Positions 18,693 through 28,457 of a stretch of DNA of 64,000 nucleotides are shown piece by piece. The stretch spans positions 6,112,001-6,176,000 of the forward strand of contig OY843751.1 of NCBI GenBank assembly GCA_963693055.1, read 5' to 3'. The position numbers and the translations under genes are program-made. The notes beneath the pieces are model-generated. The model was not told the DNA's origin and ran no database searches. It saw only the letters and a list, made by a program, of their open reading frames with translations. The DNA comes from a bacterium (GTDB lineage: Bacteria; Zhuqueibacterota; Zhuqueibacteria; Residuimicrobiales; Krinioviventaceae). Positions within the stretch are counted from its first letter, which is position 1. Every line of letters begins with the position of its first letter.

Positions 18693-19172
18693 CTATTCTT
18701 CCTTTATGATTAAGGGTTGTATAAATTATTTAGAATTTTTAGTTAACCTGCACTTTAAACTCGTTTGAGATAATCATATATTTGAGGTTAACGTGTAATT
18801 TTGTTGCGAGGGGGTCAATTTTGACCAGTGTATTGCTGGAATTGTCAAGCGCAACATGTTCAATATAATGTTTTTTTTTTCTCAATGCAAGAAAGGATAG
18901 TAGAGATTTTATGGTTTCGTCAGATTTACAGATAGGTTGCAATGTCTTGAATATATTAAATTACTTTTATTAGCCCCATATCAGTAAAAACTTTGATTAC
19001 AGAAATGAGATTGAATTGAGAGATAATAAATCTGATAATAATGAAAAAAATTCTTAATATTATATAGAAACATCTGAAATATTGGATTTTTTCATATTGA
19101 ACTAATAAATTGAGTTCAATTTTCCAAAGAGAATGAAATATTTATAAAATCTATAACATTTAAAATTGTTCT

Positions 19173-19201
19173 TTGACAAAATTTACTATCATTACTCTAA
19201 T
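19173..19201 (+). promoter_or_regulatory. Sigma70-type promoter (TTGACA-N17-TCTAAT), possibly the native selD promoter
   Basis: Near-consensus -35/-10 with 17-bp spacing, pointing toward selD and lying just outside the IS5 end. Confidence 0.55.
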
Positions 19202-19211
19202 ACATAGGTTA

Positions 19212-20352
19212 TATACCTACGAAATGGCTCAAGTGGTTAATGTAACCATACGCCTGATATTATAAACCCATGCTGCAATCACAAATTCAAAACGATTTCG
19301 GCCCATATCATAATAACTGCACCGATCATAATCTAATACTTGCTTCATAAAGGCAAACGGTCTTTCAACTGCATTCCGAACTTTAGATAATTGCTTATTT
19401 CTTTTTACCTGCTTTGATGTCAAATTTCGGTTTCTATATCCTTTATCAAGAATGCCGCAATAGACTCCTTTGCCTCGCAGGTTGCACTTGCGGGCTTTGT
19501 TCGTGTAACCTTTATCTGCGAACACCGCATTTTCTTTTTCTGTTATCAGATCCGGAAAAAGATTTGTGTCGTGAATACTTGCGCTGGTAAACTCTACAGA
19601 ATGAATAATATCACTGTCCAAATCTGTACCAATATGGCCTTTGTAGCCATAATGCGTTTTGCCACGTTTCTTTGTGAAATCTGCATCACGATCACGCTTG
19701 CTTCCTGGTTTCGCTTGTGCTTGTTTTATAGTTGCATCAACAAGTGTTCCTTTGCCAACGATCAGACCCATTTTTTCAAGCTGTTTGTTGAATTGCCGGA
19801 ACAGTATTTTATCAAGACCAAGACGGGCAAATAGTTCACGATATCGGCAGATAGTGGTTTCGTCAGGGATTGCATCCGCACTGGTCAGTTCCAGAAACAA
19901 TTGAAAACTACGTCGATCCGCAATCTCTTCTTCCAGGCGAGGATCGGATAAACCATAGATACGTTGTAATAAAAAACAACGAACAATAACTAACAAATCA
20001 AATGACGGCTTGCCTGCATTTGATTTTCTGGTTTTTGATTGTTCAATACGTTCTTCAATGGGTTCAAGTAAATTTTGCCAATCAATTTTTTCTTTGATAA
20101 TTTCCAGAGCTTGTTTGCTTTGGGTTTTTATATGCTTTTTGAAATTTTCATTTGCTGCTGTGGTAAACAAGTCTTCATTGTTTATTCTATTGCGACCCAT
20201 GTAAAACTCCAGTTTTTTTTATCATACAGCAAATTAGTAAATTATTACCTTTGATTCTAATAATATTTCAGAGGTTTCATATAGTTATTATTAATTTTTT
20301 ATGCAATAAAAAAACGGTAAAAAGTGAAATCATTAGAAATTTTGTAGGAGAT
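19212..20352 (-). mobile_element. IS5 family insertion sequence (ends tentative)
   Basis: Transposase gene with weak IRs sharing CCTAC(G/A)AAAT at about 19216 and 20348; possible TTA duplication at 19209-19211 and 20353-20355. Confidence 0.7.
19229..20200 (-). CDS. IS5 family DDE transposase
   Basis: YGLSDP.LEE, PDETTICRYR, LVDAT, GYKGHIG, ADKGY and R.AVERPF motifs. Confidence 0.95.
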   Translation of the reverse strand: MGRNRINNEDLFTTAANENFKKHIKTQSKQALEIIKEKIDWQNLLEPIEERIEQSKTRKSNAGKPSFDLLVIVRCFLLQRIYGLSDPRLEEEIADRRSFQLFLELTSADAIPDETTICRYRELFARLGLDKILFRQFNKQLEKMGLIVGKGTLVDATIKQAQAKPGSKRDRDADFTKKRGKTHYGYKGHIGTDLDSDIIHSVEFTSASIHDTNLFPDLITEKENAVFADKGYTNKARKCNLRGKGVYCGILDKGYRNRNLTSKQVKRNKQLSKVRNAVERPFAFMKQVLDYDRCSYYDMGRNRFEFVIAAWVYNIRRMVTLTT

Positions 20353-20394
20353 TTACTGCAAAATATGTATCTTGATGTTCACCTATGGAGAAAT

Positions 20395-21447
20395 ATGAGC
20401 AATAAATTTATCGAAAAACGATTGACCGAAACGGTCAAGTGTGCGGGTTGAGCGTCTAAACTTGCGCCAAATGAATTGGCCGCAGCTTTGGAAAAGTTGC
20501 CTCCTCTCACAGATGAACGGGTCCTGGTTGGACTAAATACTGCAGATGATGCCGGTATTGTCAGATTAACTGACGATATAGCATTGGTGCAGACCGTGGA
20601 TATTTTTACGCCTATTGTAGATGATCCTTATATGTATGGTGCGATTTCAGCAGCAAATTCATTAAGCGATGTCTATGCCATGGGTGGGGTGCCATACTCT
20701 GCTCTGAATATTGTTGGGTTTCCCAAAGATACGTTTCCTATGGAAGTTTTGGGAGAAATTCTGCGTGGTGGAGCAGAAAAAGCCAAAGAAGCCAATACAG
20801 TGATTGTTGGCGGACACACAATTTCTGATGATGAACTGAAATATGGAATGGCCGTTACGGGGTTGATCCATCCTCAAGAAATTTTAACTAATAGTGGCGC
20901 CAAACCGGGTGATGTTTTGATTTTAACAAAACCATTGGGAACTGGAACCATTACTACAGCGTTAAAAGCAGGAAAAGGTTCGGATGAAATGATTAAAAAG
21001 GTCTCCGAACAAATGGCCAGATTGAATAAAAATGCCGCCGAATGTTGTAAACAGGTAGGTGGTGTGCATGCATGTACTGATATTACAGGATTCGGATTTT
21101 TAGGACATGCTTTGGAGATGGTAAAAGGTAGTAACGTAAGCATAATTTTTGAATTTGCAAATTTGCCCATTCTTAAAGATGCGATTGAAACAACACAGAA
21201 AGGATTTGTTCCGGGTGGGACCAAAGCAAATCATTTATATGTTGCACCGAATGTAAATTACGCAGTAAATTTAGATCTTAACGATCAATATCTGCTAAAT
21301 GATCCGCAAACATCCGGAGGATTACTAATAGCCATTGATGAAAACAGAGCGCAAGTATTTTTGAGTGCTCTTGGGGAAAGGGGAGAAAAAGCCTGGATTG
21401 TGGGGAATGTTATTTCCAAAAATGACAATTTTATTGAAATTAAATAA
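20395..21447 (+). CDS. selD: Selenide, water dikinase (selenophosphate synthetase); selenoprotein with UGA at codon 19
   Basis: GGAG RBS plus ATG at 20395. Reads MSNKFIEKRLTETVKCAG-U-ASKLAP through TGA 20449-20451, in frame with ORF 20476..21447 (DDAG, QTVD.FTPIVDDP, GGHT, TDITGFG, DPQTSGGLL). Confidence 0.95.
20463..20484 (+). promoter_or_regulatory. Putative bacterial SECIS hairpin
   Basis: TGCG-CCAA-ATGAA-TTGG-C-CGCA stem-loop starting 11 nt after the UGA, with G in the apical loop. Confidence 0.7.
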
Positions 21448-21575
21448 TGGTTTTTTGCGTTTAAGCTTATAAGCTGTTCTGTTGTTAAATAAAAATATGG
21501 ATGAAATTTAGCAATTTCAACTGTTGACCATTTTTTATTTAGGTAAGCCATGAAAGTTTATATAAACCAAAGGAG

Positions 21576-22847
21576 ATGCATATGAGATCGTTAGTTACAA
21601 GTCTTTTTATTATGCTCCTTGCATTCAGCATTAACGCACAAACATCCGGTTATGCTTTGAATTTTGCTGGTGATGTAGATAATGTTGTATTTGGGGGCTC
21701 TGTAGCAACTACAGCTACAGACAATGTTACGTTGGAGTGCTGGGTCAAATGGGCTGGTTCAAATGCCGCGAATCAGGTCATTTTGTATAATGGTACAACA
21801 GGTTCAAACGGTTATGGAATAACAATTGATGGTTCAAACAGTAATGTCAGTCTGCATGTTGGAGCACCTTCTTTCCAAAATGCCGGAACAATATCGGTGG
21901 GGTCATGGACACATTTGGCAATTGTGCGTAATGGAGGTAATTGGACATTATACATCAATGGAAACGGTACTGCTGTAGGTAGTGCTGCACCTTCAACACC
22001 AACAGGTAATTTTAAGGTTGGTAACAATGAATCCGTATCGTGGGGATTTCAAGGTGTTATTGATGAAGTTCGTGTTTCAAATACGGCACGTTATACTTCA
22101 AATTTTACACCAAGCAACTCACCCTTTTCTACTGATGGAAGTACTACTACATTATATCATTTCGATGAAGGTTCAGGTCAATCTACAAATGATGAATCAT
22201 CAAGCAATAATGACGGTCAGCTGGGCCAAACAGGTTCTGCTGAAGGAACAGATCCAACCTGGGTATTGGGCGATGCTCCATTACCGGTGCTGGTCTATTC
22301 CTTTAATGCCAAATATGATCATGACAAAGTGACCATGAACTGGCATACCTCTCCCATCACTGAACAGGAGATTTTTACTGTTCAGCGAGCAATCGATCAG
22401 ACCTGGGTGACCATCGGTACAGTATTTGGAGATCCCGGCAATGTAGATAATTTCAGTTTTACAGATGATCTTTCTTCCTTGTCATCTGATCAAACCTCTG
22501 TACGGTACCGCGTGAGTTTTACCAATCCACAGGGGCAAACAGATTATTCTCCTGTACAGGTTGTTACCGTCAAGAGACCACAAAGCATTTGGTTGGCACA
22601 GAACCATCCTAATCCTTTTAATCCCGGTACGCAGATCACTTATGCGCTTGATGAACAGAATTATGTAAAATTGACTGTTTATAATGCATTGGGACAATTG
22701 GTACAAACCCTGGTAGATCAAAACCAATCAGCGGGAGAGTATTCGGTACAATTTAATGGAAGCAGTTTCCCGGGCGGCGTTTATTTTTATAAACTGGAAA
22801 CCAACAACCGGTCTGTCGACATTAAAAAAATGATCCTTTTGAAATAA
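21576..22847 (+). CDS. Secreted LamG-like (concanavalin-fold) protein with T9SS/FlgD-type C-terminal domain
   Basis: Signal peptide; TLECWVK, WTHLAIV and FQGVIDEVRVS; PLPV linker; QNHPNPFNP...GVYFYKL...KKMILLK. Confidence 0.88.
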   Translation: MHMRSLVTSLFIMLLAFSINAQTSGYALNFAGDVDNVVFGGSVATTATDNVTLECWVKWAGSNAANQVILYNGTTGSNGYGITIDGSNSNVSLHVGAPSFQNAGTISVGSWTHLAIVRNGGNWTLYINGNGTAVGSAAPSTPTGNFKVGNNESVSWGFQGVIDEVRVSNTARYTSNFTPSNSPFSTDGSTTTLYHFDEGSGQSTNDESSSNNDGQLGQTGSAEGTDPTWVLGDAPLPVLVYSFNAKYDHDKVTMNWHTSPITEQEIFTVQRAIDQTWVTIGTVFGDPGNVDNFSFTDDLSSLSSDQTSVRYRVSFTNPQGQTDYSPVQVVTVKRPQSIWLAQNHPNPFNPGTQITYALDEQNYVKLTVYNALGQLVQTLVDQNQSAGEYSVQFNGSSFPGGVYFYKLETNNRSVDIKKMILLK

Positions 22848-22869
22848 TATCTTTTACATATAGAATATC

Positions 22870-22903
22870 AAGGGGTTTGAATTATTATTCAAACCCCTTT
22901 TTT
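22870..22903 (+). terminator. Rho-independent terminator
   Basis: AAGGGGTTTGAAT / ATTCAAACCCCTT perfect stem plus T-run. Confidence 0.85.
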
Positions 22904-22924
22904 ATTGGGGAGAATATAAATGTC

Positions 22925-23107
22925 TATCATTTTGAGAAAATATAAATAATTTATAGCAATTTTTGATTCAAAATGATAAGAAATAAAGGTTTTTTCAAGA
23001 TTTTTCTATTATATTGATTGATTTTAAAATAATTTAGAGCCTCTCGAATGTTTATCTTCCTTTAAAACAATAGTTTAGCCGCAAATTTTTTTTGGTATGT
23101 ATTTTGT
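22925..23107 (+). promoter_or_regulatory. Putative sigma54 promoter with two enhancer sites and an IHF-like site
   Basis: TATCA-TTT-TGAGA (22925) and ATTCA-AAA-TGATA (22966) with centres 41 bp apart; AAACAATAGTTTA IHF-like site at about 23065; TGGTAT-N5-TTGT -24/-12 at 23093-23107. Confidence 0.55.
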
Positions 23108-23149
23108 CAGTATCTGGTTTTTATTTCTTCAACAATTTTTCAGGTGGTA

Positions 23150-24910
23150 ATGATGAAACGAATACTGCTGCTGCTTTTACTGATTGTTGCTTTTCAATGG
23201 ATTCAGGCACAAACGCCTGTTGTTGAGGATGGTAAATATAATAAATATCATCCTCCCAAAATGGAATTACGGACATCGGCAGAGTGGGAACCGGTACAAA
23301 CGGTAGTAATTCCGTTTCTGGAACCTACAGAAAAATACCCTGTACCCTTTTGGGAGGATATGGCGGGTTTGATCAATTCTACCAAAGAAATTATACCTGT
23401 TATCGTATTATGTAATGATAAGGATTTTACACGTGCAGATTTAAAAAAAAGGGGGATGACAACTGAAAATATTACGCTGATAGAAATTTTTGGTTTGAGA
23501 ACACCCTGGATGCGTGATTACGGTCCGCAATCTGCTTATACTGCATTGGGTGAACATGTATTGCTTGACTGGATATATGATCAGCCCCACCGTGAAGACG
23601 ATGAATCATCCACCTATGTTGCTTATCATTTGGACATGCCTGTCTATAAAATGATATTGCCTCCAAATACACTGTTTTATAGTGGCGCCAACTTGTTGAC
23701 AGATGGAATGGGAATGGCTGTTTTGAACACGTTTTACAGGGATCTGCAAAAGCCCAAACCAGAGTCAGAGTATGATAAAACATTTAAAACCTACTTTGGA
23801 TTTAAACGATTGATTAAAGTGGATCTGGATTTCAGGCATTTGGATTTATTCGTGAAACTGTTGAATGAAGAGACCTTGCTGGTTGAAGATTATACCAAAG
23901 AATCTGCCGATAAAGCGCATCTTGCTGAACCTGTAATACAGGAGATTTTGAAACACAAGACGTCTTTTGGAAGAGATTTCAAGGTTGTAAAAGTTCCGAT
24001 ACCTGAAATTCCGGGGGAAATCTATCATTTGGATAAATCACCTTCGTATGTCAATTCGTTGATCATTAATTCAACGGTATTGGTCCCGATTTTTAATATT
24101 CCTACCGATGAAAAGGCGTTGCAATGCTATCGGGAGAGCATGCCTGGATATGAAATAGTGGGAGTACCAGCTAGCCATATTTATGAAAAAAAGGGTACAA
24201 TACATTGTATAACGCATGAGATCGGTTTAGATGACCCGGTAACGATACTGCATGCCGCATTGGATAACCAGTCCGGCAATGTAGATGGTTATACGGTTAA
24301 CGCAAAGATCCTGAGTCGCAACGAACTGGAGCAGGTTACCTTGTTCTGGAAAACAAAAACCCAACAAGTCTTTACTAAAATTAAAATGCAAACCAGTTCC
24401 ACCCATGTCTGGTCCGCAAAAATTCCCAAGCAGGAATTTGGATCTTCCCTCAGTTATTATATTGAGGTTAGAACCATAACCGGCAGGATTGTGAATCGAC
24501 CCTTGCCTGGGGCCGATGCAGCCTGGACTTTTCAGGTTAACTCTCTTATACAGCCGACATCTGCAGTTATTCCGAATATTTATAAAGAACATCAGTTGAT
24601 ATCAGATTCGACTCCTGTTAAAGCAGAACGCTCCGAAAAGATTCGGATGAGCCACATCATTGTGCGATCGGAACCCATGGCCAGAGAATTACTTGTCCGA
24701 TTGGATAATGGTGAATCTTTTGAGGAACTGGCAAAGCAGTATTCGGAAGATATGTATAGCGCGCGAAAGGGAGGAGATGCCGGATATTTTAAAAAAGGGG
24801 ATTTGCTGCCACAGCTTGAAGAGATTATTGAAAAGCTCTATGAGGGACAAGTGAATCCTGATCCGATCAAGACCCGATTAGGATACCATATTATTAAGCG
24901 GACCAGTTGA
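23150..24910 (+). CDS. Secreted agmatine/peptidylarginine deiminase family protein fused to a C-terminal PpiC-type (parvulin) PPIase domain
   Basis: Signal peptide; AEWEP, WMRDYGP, HLD, SYVNSLI and GTIHCITHE deiminase motifs; SHIIV...FEELAKQYSED..SARKGGDAG...GYHIIK rotamase motifs. Confidence 0.88.
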   Translation: MMKRILLLLLLIVAFQWIQAQTPVVEDGKYNKYHPPKMELRTSAEWEPVQTVVIPFLEPTEKYPVPFWEDMAGLINSTKEIIPVIVLCNDKDFTRADLKKRGMTTENITLIEIFGLRTPWMRDYGPQSAYTALGEHVLLDWIYDQPHREDDESSTYVAYHLDMPVYKMILPPNTLFYSGANLLTDGMGMAVLNTFYRDLQKPKPESEYDKTFKTYFGFKRLIKVDLDFRHLDLFVKLLNEETLLVEDYTKESADKAHLAEPVIQEILKHKTSFGRDFKVVKVPIPEIPGEIYHLDKSPSYVNSLIINSTVLVPIFNIPTDEKALQCYRESMPGYEIVGVPASHIYEKKGTIHCITHEIGLDDPVTILHAALDNQSGNVDGYTVNAKILSRNELEQVTLFWKTKTQQVFTKIKMQTSSTHVWSAKIPKQEFGSSLSYYIEVRTITGRIVNRPLPGADAAWTFQVNSLIQPTSAVIPNIYKEHQLISDSTPVKAERSEKIRMSHIIVRSEPMARELLVRLDNGESFEELAKQYSEDMYSARKGGDAGYFKKGDLLPQLEEIIEKLYEGQVNPDPIKTRLGYHIIKRTS

Positions 24911-25864
24911 TTCTGTTAATTCTTCAAGTTTGTATTTTTCGAGTTTGCGATATAATGTAGCAGGTCCAATTTTTAAGGACCGAGCGGTTTTTTGTTTATC
25001 AAAGTTGAAATATGCCAGGGTTCGCAAAATAACTTGGCGCTCAACTATTTCAAGTGACGATCCGATTTCAACATTTATGGTTCGTGTTTTCTCTGTATCC
25101 GAAGGTATTGATAATAACGGAAATAGTTTCATGTTTAGAACAGGGCCCGTACTCAGCACCACTGCTCTTTCTATCATGTTTTCCAGTTCGCGAATGTTTC
25201 CGTTCCAGGGGTATTTCATCATTTGTTTAATTACACGGGGCTCAATACTGCTAATATCTTTATTGTTCAGCTTGCTGTACATGTCTATAAAGTGGTTAAC
25301 CAGTGCGGGTATATCTTCTCTGTGGTCACAAAGTGCGGGAATATGTATTGATATAACATGAATGCGGTAATAGAGATCTTGTCTGAATTGATGTTCTTTT
25401 AATTTTTTTTCAAGGTCAATATTGGTTGCGGCAACAAAGCGAACATCTGACTTTAAACTAACCGTTCCTCCCACGCGTTCAAAGTGACCGTGTTGCAGAA
25501 CATGCAATAATTTTACCTGCATAGATAGTGACAATTCACCCACTTCATCTAAAAATAATGTACCACCACTTGCCAGCTCAAGCTTTCCTTTTTTGCTGGT
25601 GTGGGCCCCGGTAAAGGCCCCTTTTTCATAACCAAACAATTCTGCTTCCAACAGGTTTTCAGGGATAGCGCCACAATTGATCTTGATAAACGGTTTGCTG
25701 GCGCGAGGCCCGGATGCATGGACCATACGCGCAACCAGTTCTTTTCCTGTACCGGTGTCACCAGTGATCAGCAGCGTACTACTGGAAGGGGAAATCTGGA
25801 ATGCCTGGTCCATTATTTTTTTAAAGGAACGACTCGAGTATATTATTGTAGGGATGGAGTTCAT
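24878..25864 (-). CDS. Sigma54-dependent enhancer-binding protein (AAA+ plus Fis-type HTH) with no sensory domain
   Basis: GDTGTGKE Walker A near residue 35; GAFTGA, LFLDEV and WNGNIREL motifs; C-terminal HTH TARSLKIGPATLYRKL. Confidence 0.95.
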   Translation of the reverse strand: MNSIPTIIYSSRSFKKIMDQAFQISPSSSTLLITGDTGTGKELVARMVHASGPRASKPFIKINCGAIPENLLEAELFGYEKGAFTGAHTSKKGKLELASGGTLFLDEVGELSLSMQVKLLHVLQHGHFERVGGTVSLKSDVRFVAATNIDLEKKLKEHQFRQDLYYRIHVISIHIPALCDHREDIPALVNHFIDMYSKLNNKDISSIEPRVIKQMMKYPWNGNIRELENMIERAVVLSTGPVLNMKLFPLLSIPSDTEKTRTINVEIGSSLEIVERQVILRTLAYFNFDKQKTARSLKIGPATLYRKLEKYKLEELTESTGPLNNMVS

Positions 25865-26037
25865 GTCTGATCCTGGTTCTTTTTTCTTTACCCGTGATTA
25901 TAGCTTTATTAAAGAAAAAACGTATATTAAATAAAAAAGTTCTTAAAAAAATAACGAATAATTAATTATCCAGTGTTTAAATCTGTTGTTATATTTTATG
26001 GGTTTTGTTATTTTGTAAAAAATATTAAGGGGATGCC

Positions 26038-27246
26038 GTGAAAAAAACAGTATTACTGTTGTATGTTATTTCGTTTAGTAATTTGTATGCAGGGGAGTTG
26101 TTTTTTGATTATTATGAATGTGATATAAATTTATACGAAAAATTAACCATGGCGGATATTGAACAAGAGCCTCTGGAGATTTTGCGTATTATGAGAAATC
26201 AAATTTTTGCGCATTACGGCAAGACCTTTAAAGATTCTTTACTGCAGAATTATTTTGAATCTAAATTTTGGTATAAAGCTAATCCCCAATATAACGATAG
26301 CCTGTTATCGCAAACTGAGAGGGAAAATGTTGTCTTAATCAGTTTGTTCGAGGCTAAAATACGAGAGAAGCATCAGGAAAGCAGTAGGGTTAAAGTATAT
26401 AGAAATAAACTCAATTCTCTGGGTGTAATGATTGATAAAGATTTGAAAATTACGGATGTCCTCTTTGTTGATTTGAATAACACAGGCAGTAAAGAAGCTA
26501 TTGTGCTGACTATACCGTGGCAGGTTCTTGCCATTTATGGAAATATTGATCCGGGGGATTTTACGGGGCTAAAGGTATTTAACTTTGATGACGGGAAACC
26601 GTTTGAATATGTGATTGAGACGGAATCCTATTTTGTCGGTGAGAAAATTGATGGTGATTTAAAAGAGCTTGCGGGAACAGAATATATTGTGTATGCTGAT
26701 AATAATGAAAATGGTTATTCGGAATTCTACCTGCATGAAGCGGCACTGGCAAGTGGACCGGGGTATCTTACAGTTCTGGAATTTTCGGACGGTAAGATTG
26801 TAGAACGCTTGAGAATGGAAAGAATGATCACCCAATTCATTGATATAGATTCTGATGGTTTGAAAGAGTTGGTGACAGATGTATATTATCAACACTATGG
26901 TACAGTTTCCGATTTATTTCCCTATCTTAAAAAGGTTTACCATTATGATGGTGAGCGATATCAAAAAGATATGGATTTAACAAAACAGTATGTGATGGAT
27001 ACTGTTCAAAAAGAGGTAAACGGATTTACCGGCAAAGCGTCAATGGAAACCTATTTAAACATTTTACGTAATTATTTACAATTGGCGTGTATGGGTGAAC
27101 AACAAGTAGTTAAAGACGCGGTACAATTCATTAACCGCTATCATGCCGGTTATGAGAACAAACCTTTGCATTTTGATACCATGCCCGGCAAAGATGTTTT
27201 GATCAAAGATTTTAAGGAAAAATCCCAAGAGGATTGGTTTAAATAA
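26038..27246 (+). CDS. YARHG domain-containing secreted protein
   Basis: LRIMRNQIFAHYGKTFKD..LQNYF..KFWY; DxDxDGxxE loops. Confidence 0.85.
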   Translation: MKKTVLLLYVISFSNLYAGELFFDYYECDINLYEKLTMADIEQEPLEILRIMRNQIFAHYGKTFKDSLLQNYFESKFWYKANPQYNDSLLSQTERENVVLISLFEAKIREKHQESSRVKVYRNKLNSLGVMIDKDLKITDVLFVDLNNTGSKEAIVLTIPWQVLAIYGNIDPGDFTGLKVFNFDDGKPFEYVIETESYFVGEKIDGDLKELAGTEYIVYADNNENGYSEFYLHEAALASGPGYLTVLEFSDGKIVERLRMERMITQFIDIDSDGLKELVTDVYYQHYGTVSDLFPYLKKVYHYDGERYQKDMDLTKQYVMDTVQKEVNGFTGKASMETYLNILRNYLQLACMGEQQVVKDAVQFINRYHAGYENKPLHFDTMPGKDVLIKDFKEKSQEDWFK

Positions 27247-27260
27247 AGCAGGAAAAGTTT

Positions 27261-28427
27261 ATGAAACGAAAAACAGTCAATTATATCATTGTTTTATTGG
27301 TCGTTATTGTAATTTCGGCACTGTTTTTTGCAATGATTCGACATTTTTTAATGGTAATCTTGCTGGCAGGTATTTTTGCGGGCATGTTTCAACCTTTTTA
27401 CCGCAGAATTGAGAGGTTGGTGCGGGGACGCAAAAACCTGGCTTCTTTGCTTACGTTGCTGCTTATTCTGCTAATCCTGGTGATACCCTTGACGGGGTTG
27501 TTTGGTATTGTTACCGCACAGGCTATTAAAATAAGCCAGTCTGTTAAACCCTGGATTGAACAACGCATCAACGAGCCCACAGCGCTTACCGAGATTGTGG
27601 AAAAGCTGCCCTATTCCGAAACCCTGGTGTCGTACAAGCAAGAGATCCTGCAAAAAGGCGGCGAGATGGTGGGCAAGCTCAGCAATGTGCTTGTAAACAG
27701 TTTATCGTCTGCTACACTGTCTACTATCAATTTCTTTTTCCTGTTTTTTGCATTCATGTATACTTTGTTCTTCTTTTTAAAAGAGGGGGACCAGATTCTT
27801 GAAAAGATTTTGTACTATTTACCCATGACCGATGAAGATGAGCGCCGTATGCTTGACCGGTTTACTTCGGTTACGCGTGCAACCATAAAGGGTACGCTGC
27901 TGATTGGAGTTATTCAGGGCGGCCTTGCGGGACTTGCGTTCTGGGTGGCGGGTATTGACGGCGCCCTGTTTTGGGGCACGGTAATGACGGTATTGTCCAT
28001 TATACCGGCAATCGGATCGTCGCTGGTGTGGTTTCCTGCGGTACTGTTACAGATTGCAGCGGGTCATTTTATTACCGGTATTGCCTTGTTGATATATTGC
28101 GGATTGCTGGTTGGCAGTGTGGACAATCTCTTGCGCCCGCGTTGGGTGGGAAGAGATACCCAAATGCACGAGCTGTTGATCTTTTTCTCGACATTGGGCG
28201 GGATTGGTTTTTTCGGTATCATTGGATTTATCATTGGGCCCATCATTGCCGCCTTGTTTGTAACCGTCTGGGCTATTTACGGTGAGACGTTTAGAGACTA
28301 TTTACCTGAGGTGCGGAAACATCAACAAAAGCGAGATGAGGATGAAGAAAAGATCTTGATTGCGGATAATACAGACGATTCCGGTGATTTAAAAAGCGAC
28401 AAAGACACAGAGGAAGAAAATTCATAA
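27261..28427 (+). CDS. AI-2E family transporter
   Basis: Multiple TM segments; IQGGLAG, IPAIG, DNLLRP and GFIIGP motifs. Confidence 0.92.
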   Translation: MKRKTVNYIIVLLVVIVISALFFAMIRHFLMVILLAGIFAGMFQPFYRRIERLVRGRKNLASLLTLLLILLILVIPLTGLFGIVTAQAIKISQSVKPWIEQRINEPTALTEIVEKLPYSETLVSYKQEILQKGGEMVGKLSNVLVNSLSSATLSTINFFFLFFAFMYTLFFFLKEGDQILEKILYYLPMTDEDERRMLDRFTSVTRATIKGTLLIGVIQGGLAGLAFWVAGIDGALFWGTVMTVLSIIPAIGSSLVWFPAVLLQIAAGHFITGIALLIYCGLLVGSVDNLLRPRWVGRDTQMHELLIFFSTLGGIGFFGIIGFIIGPIIAALFVTVWAIYGETFRDYLPEVRKHQQKRDEDEEKILIADNTDDSGDLKSDKDTEEENS

Positions 28428-28457
28428 AAATATTATATATTGACCACAACAGCGGCA

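Noticed and set aside
18700-19170. AT-rich 470-bp intergenic region as an ncRNA or small gene
   Set aside because: No convincing structure, repeat or RBS-led ORF; probably divergent promoter DNA.
20251-20451. 66-aa ORF as an independent gene
   Set aside because: Its 3' part is the true selD N-terminus and its 5' part lies inside the IS5 end.
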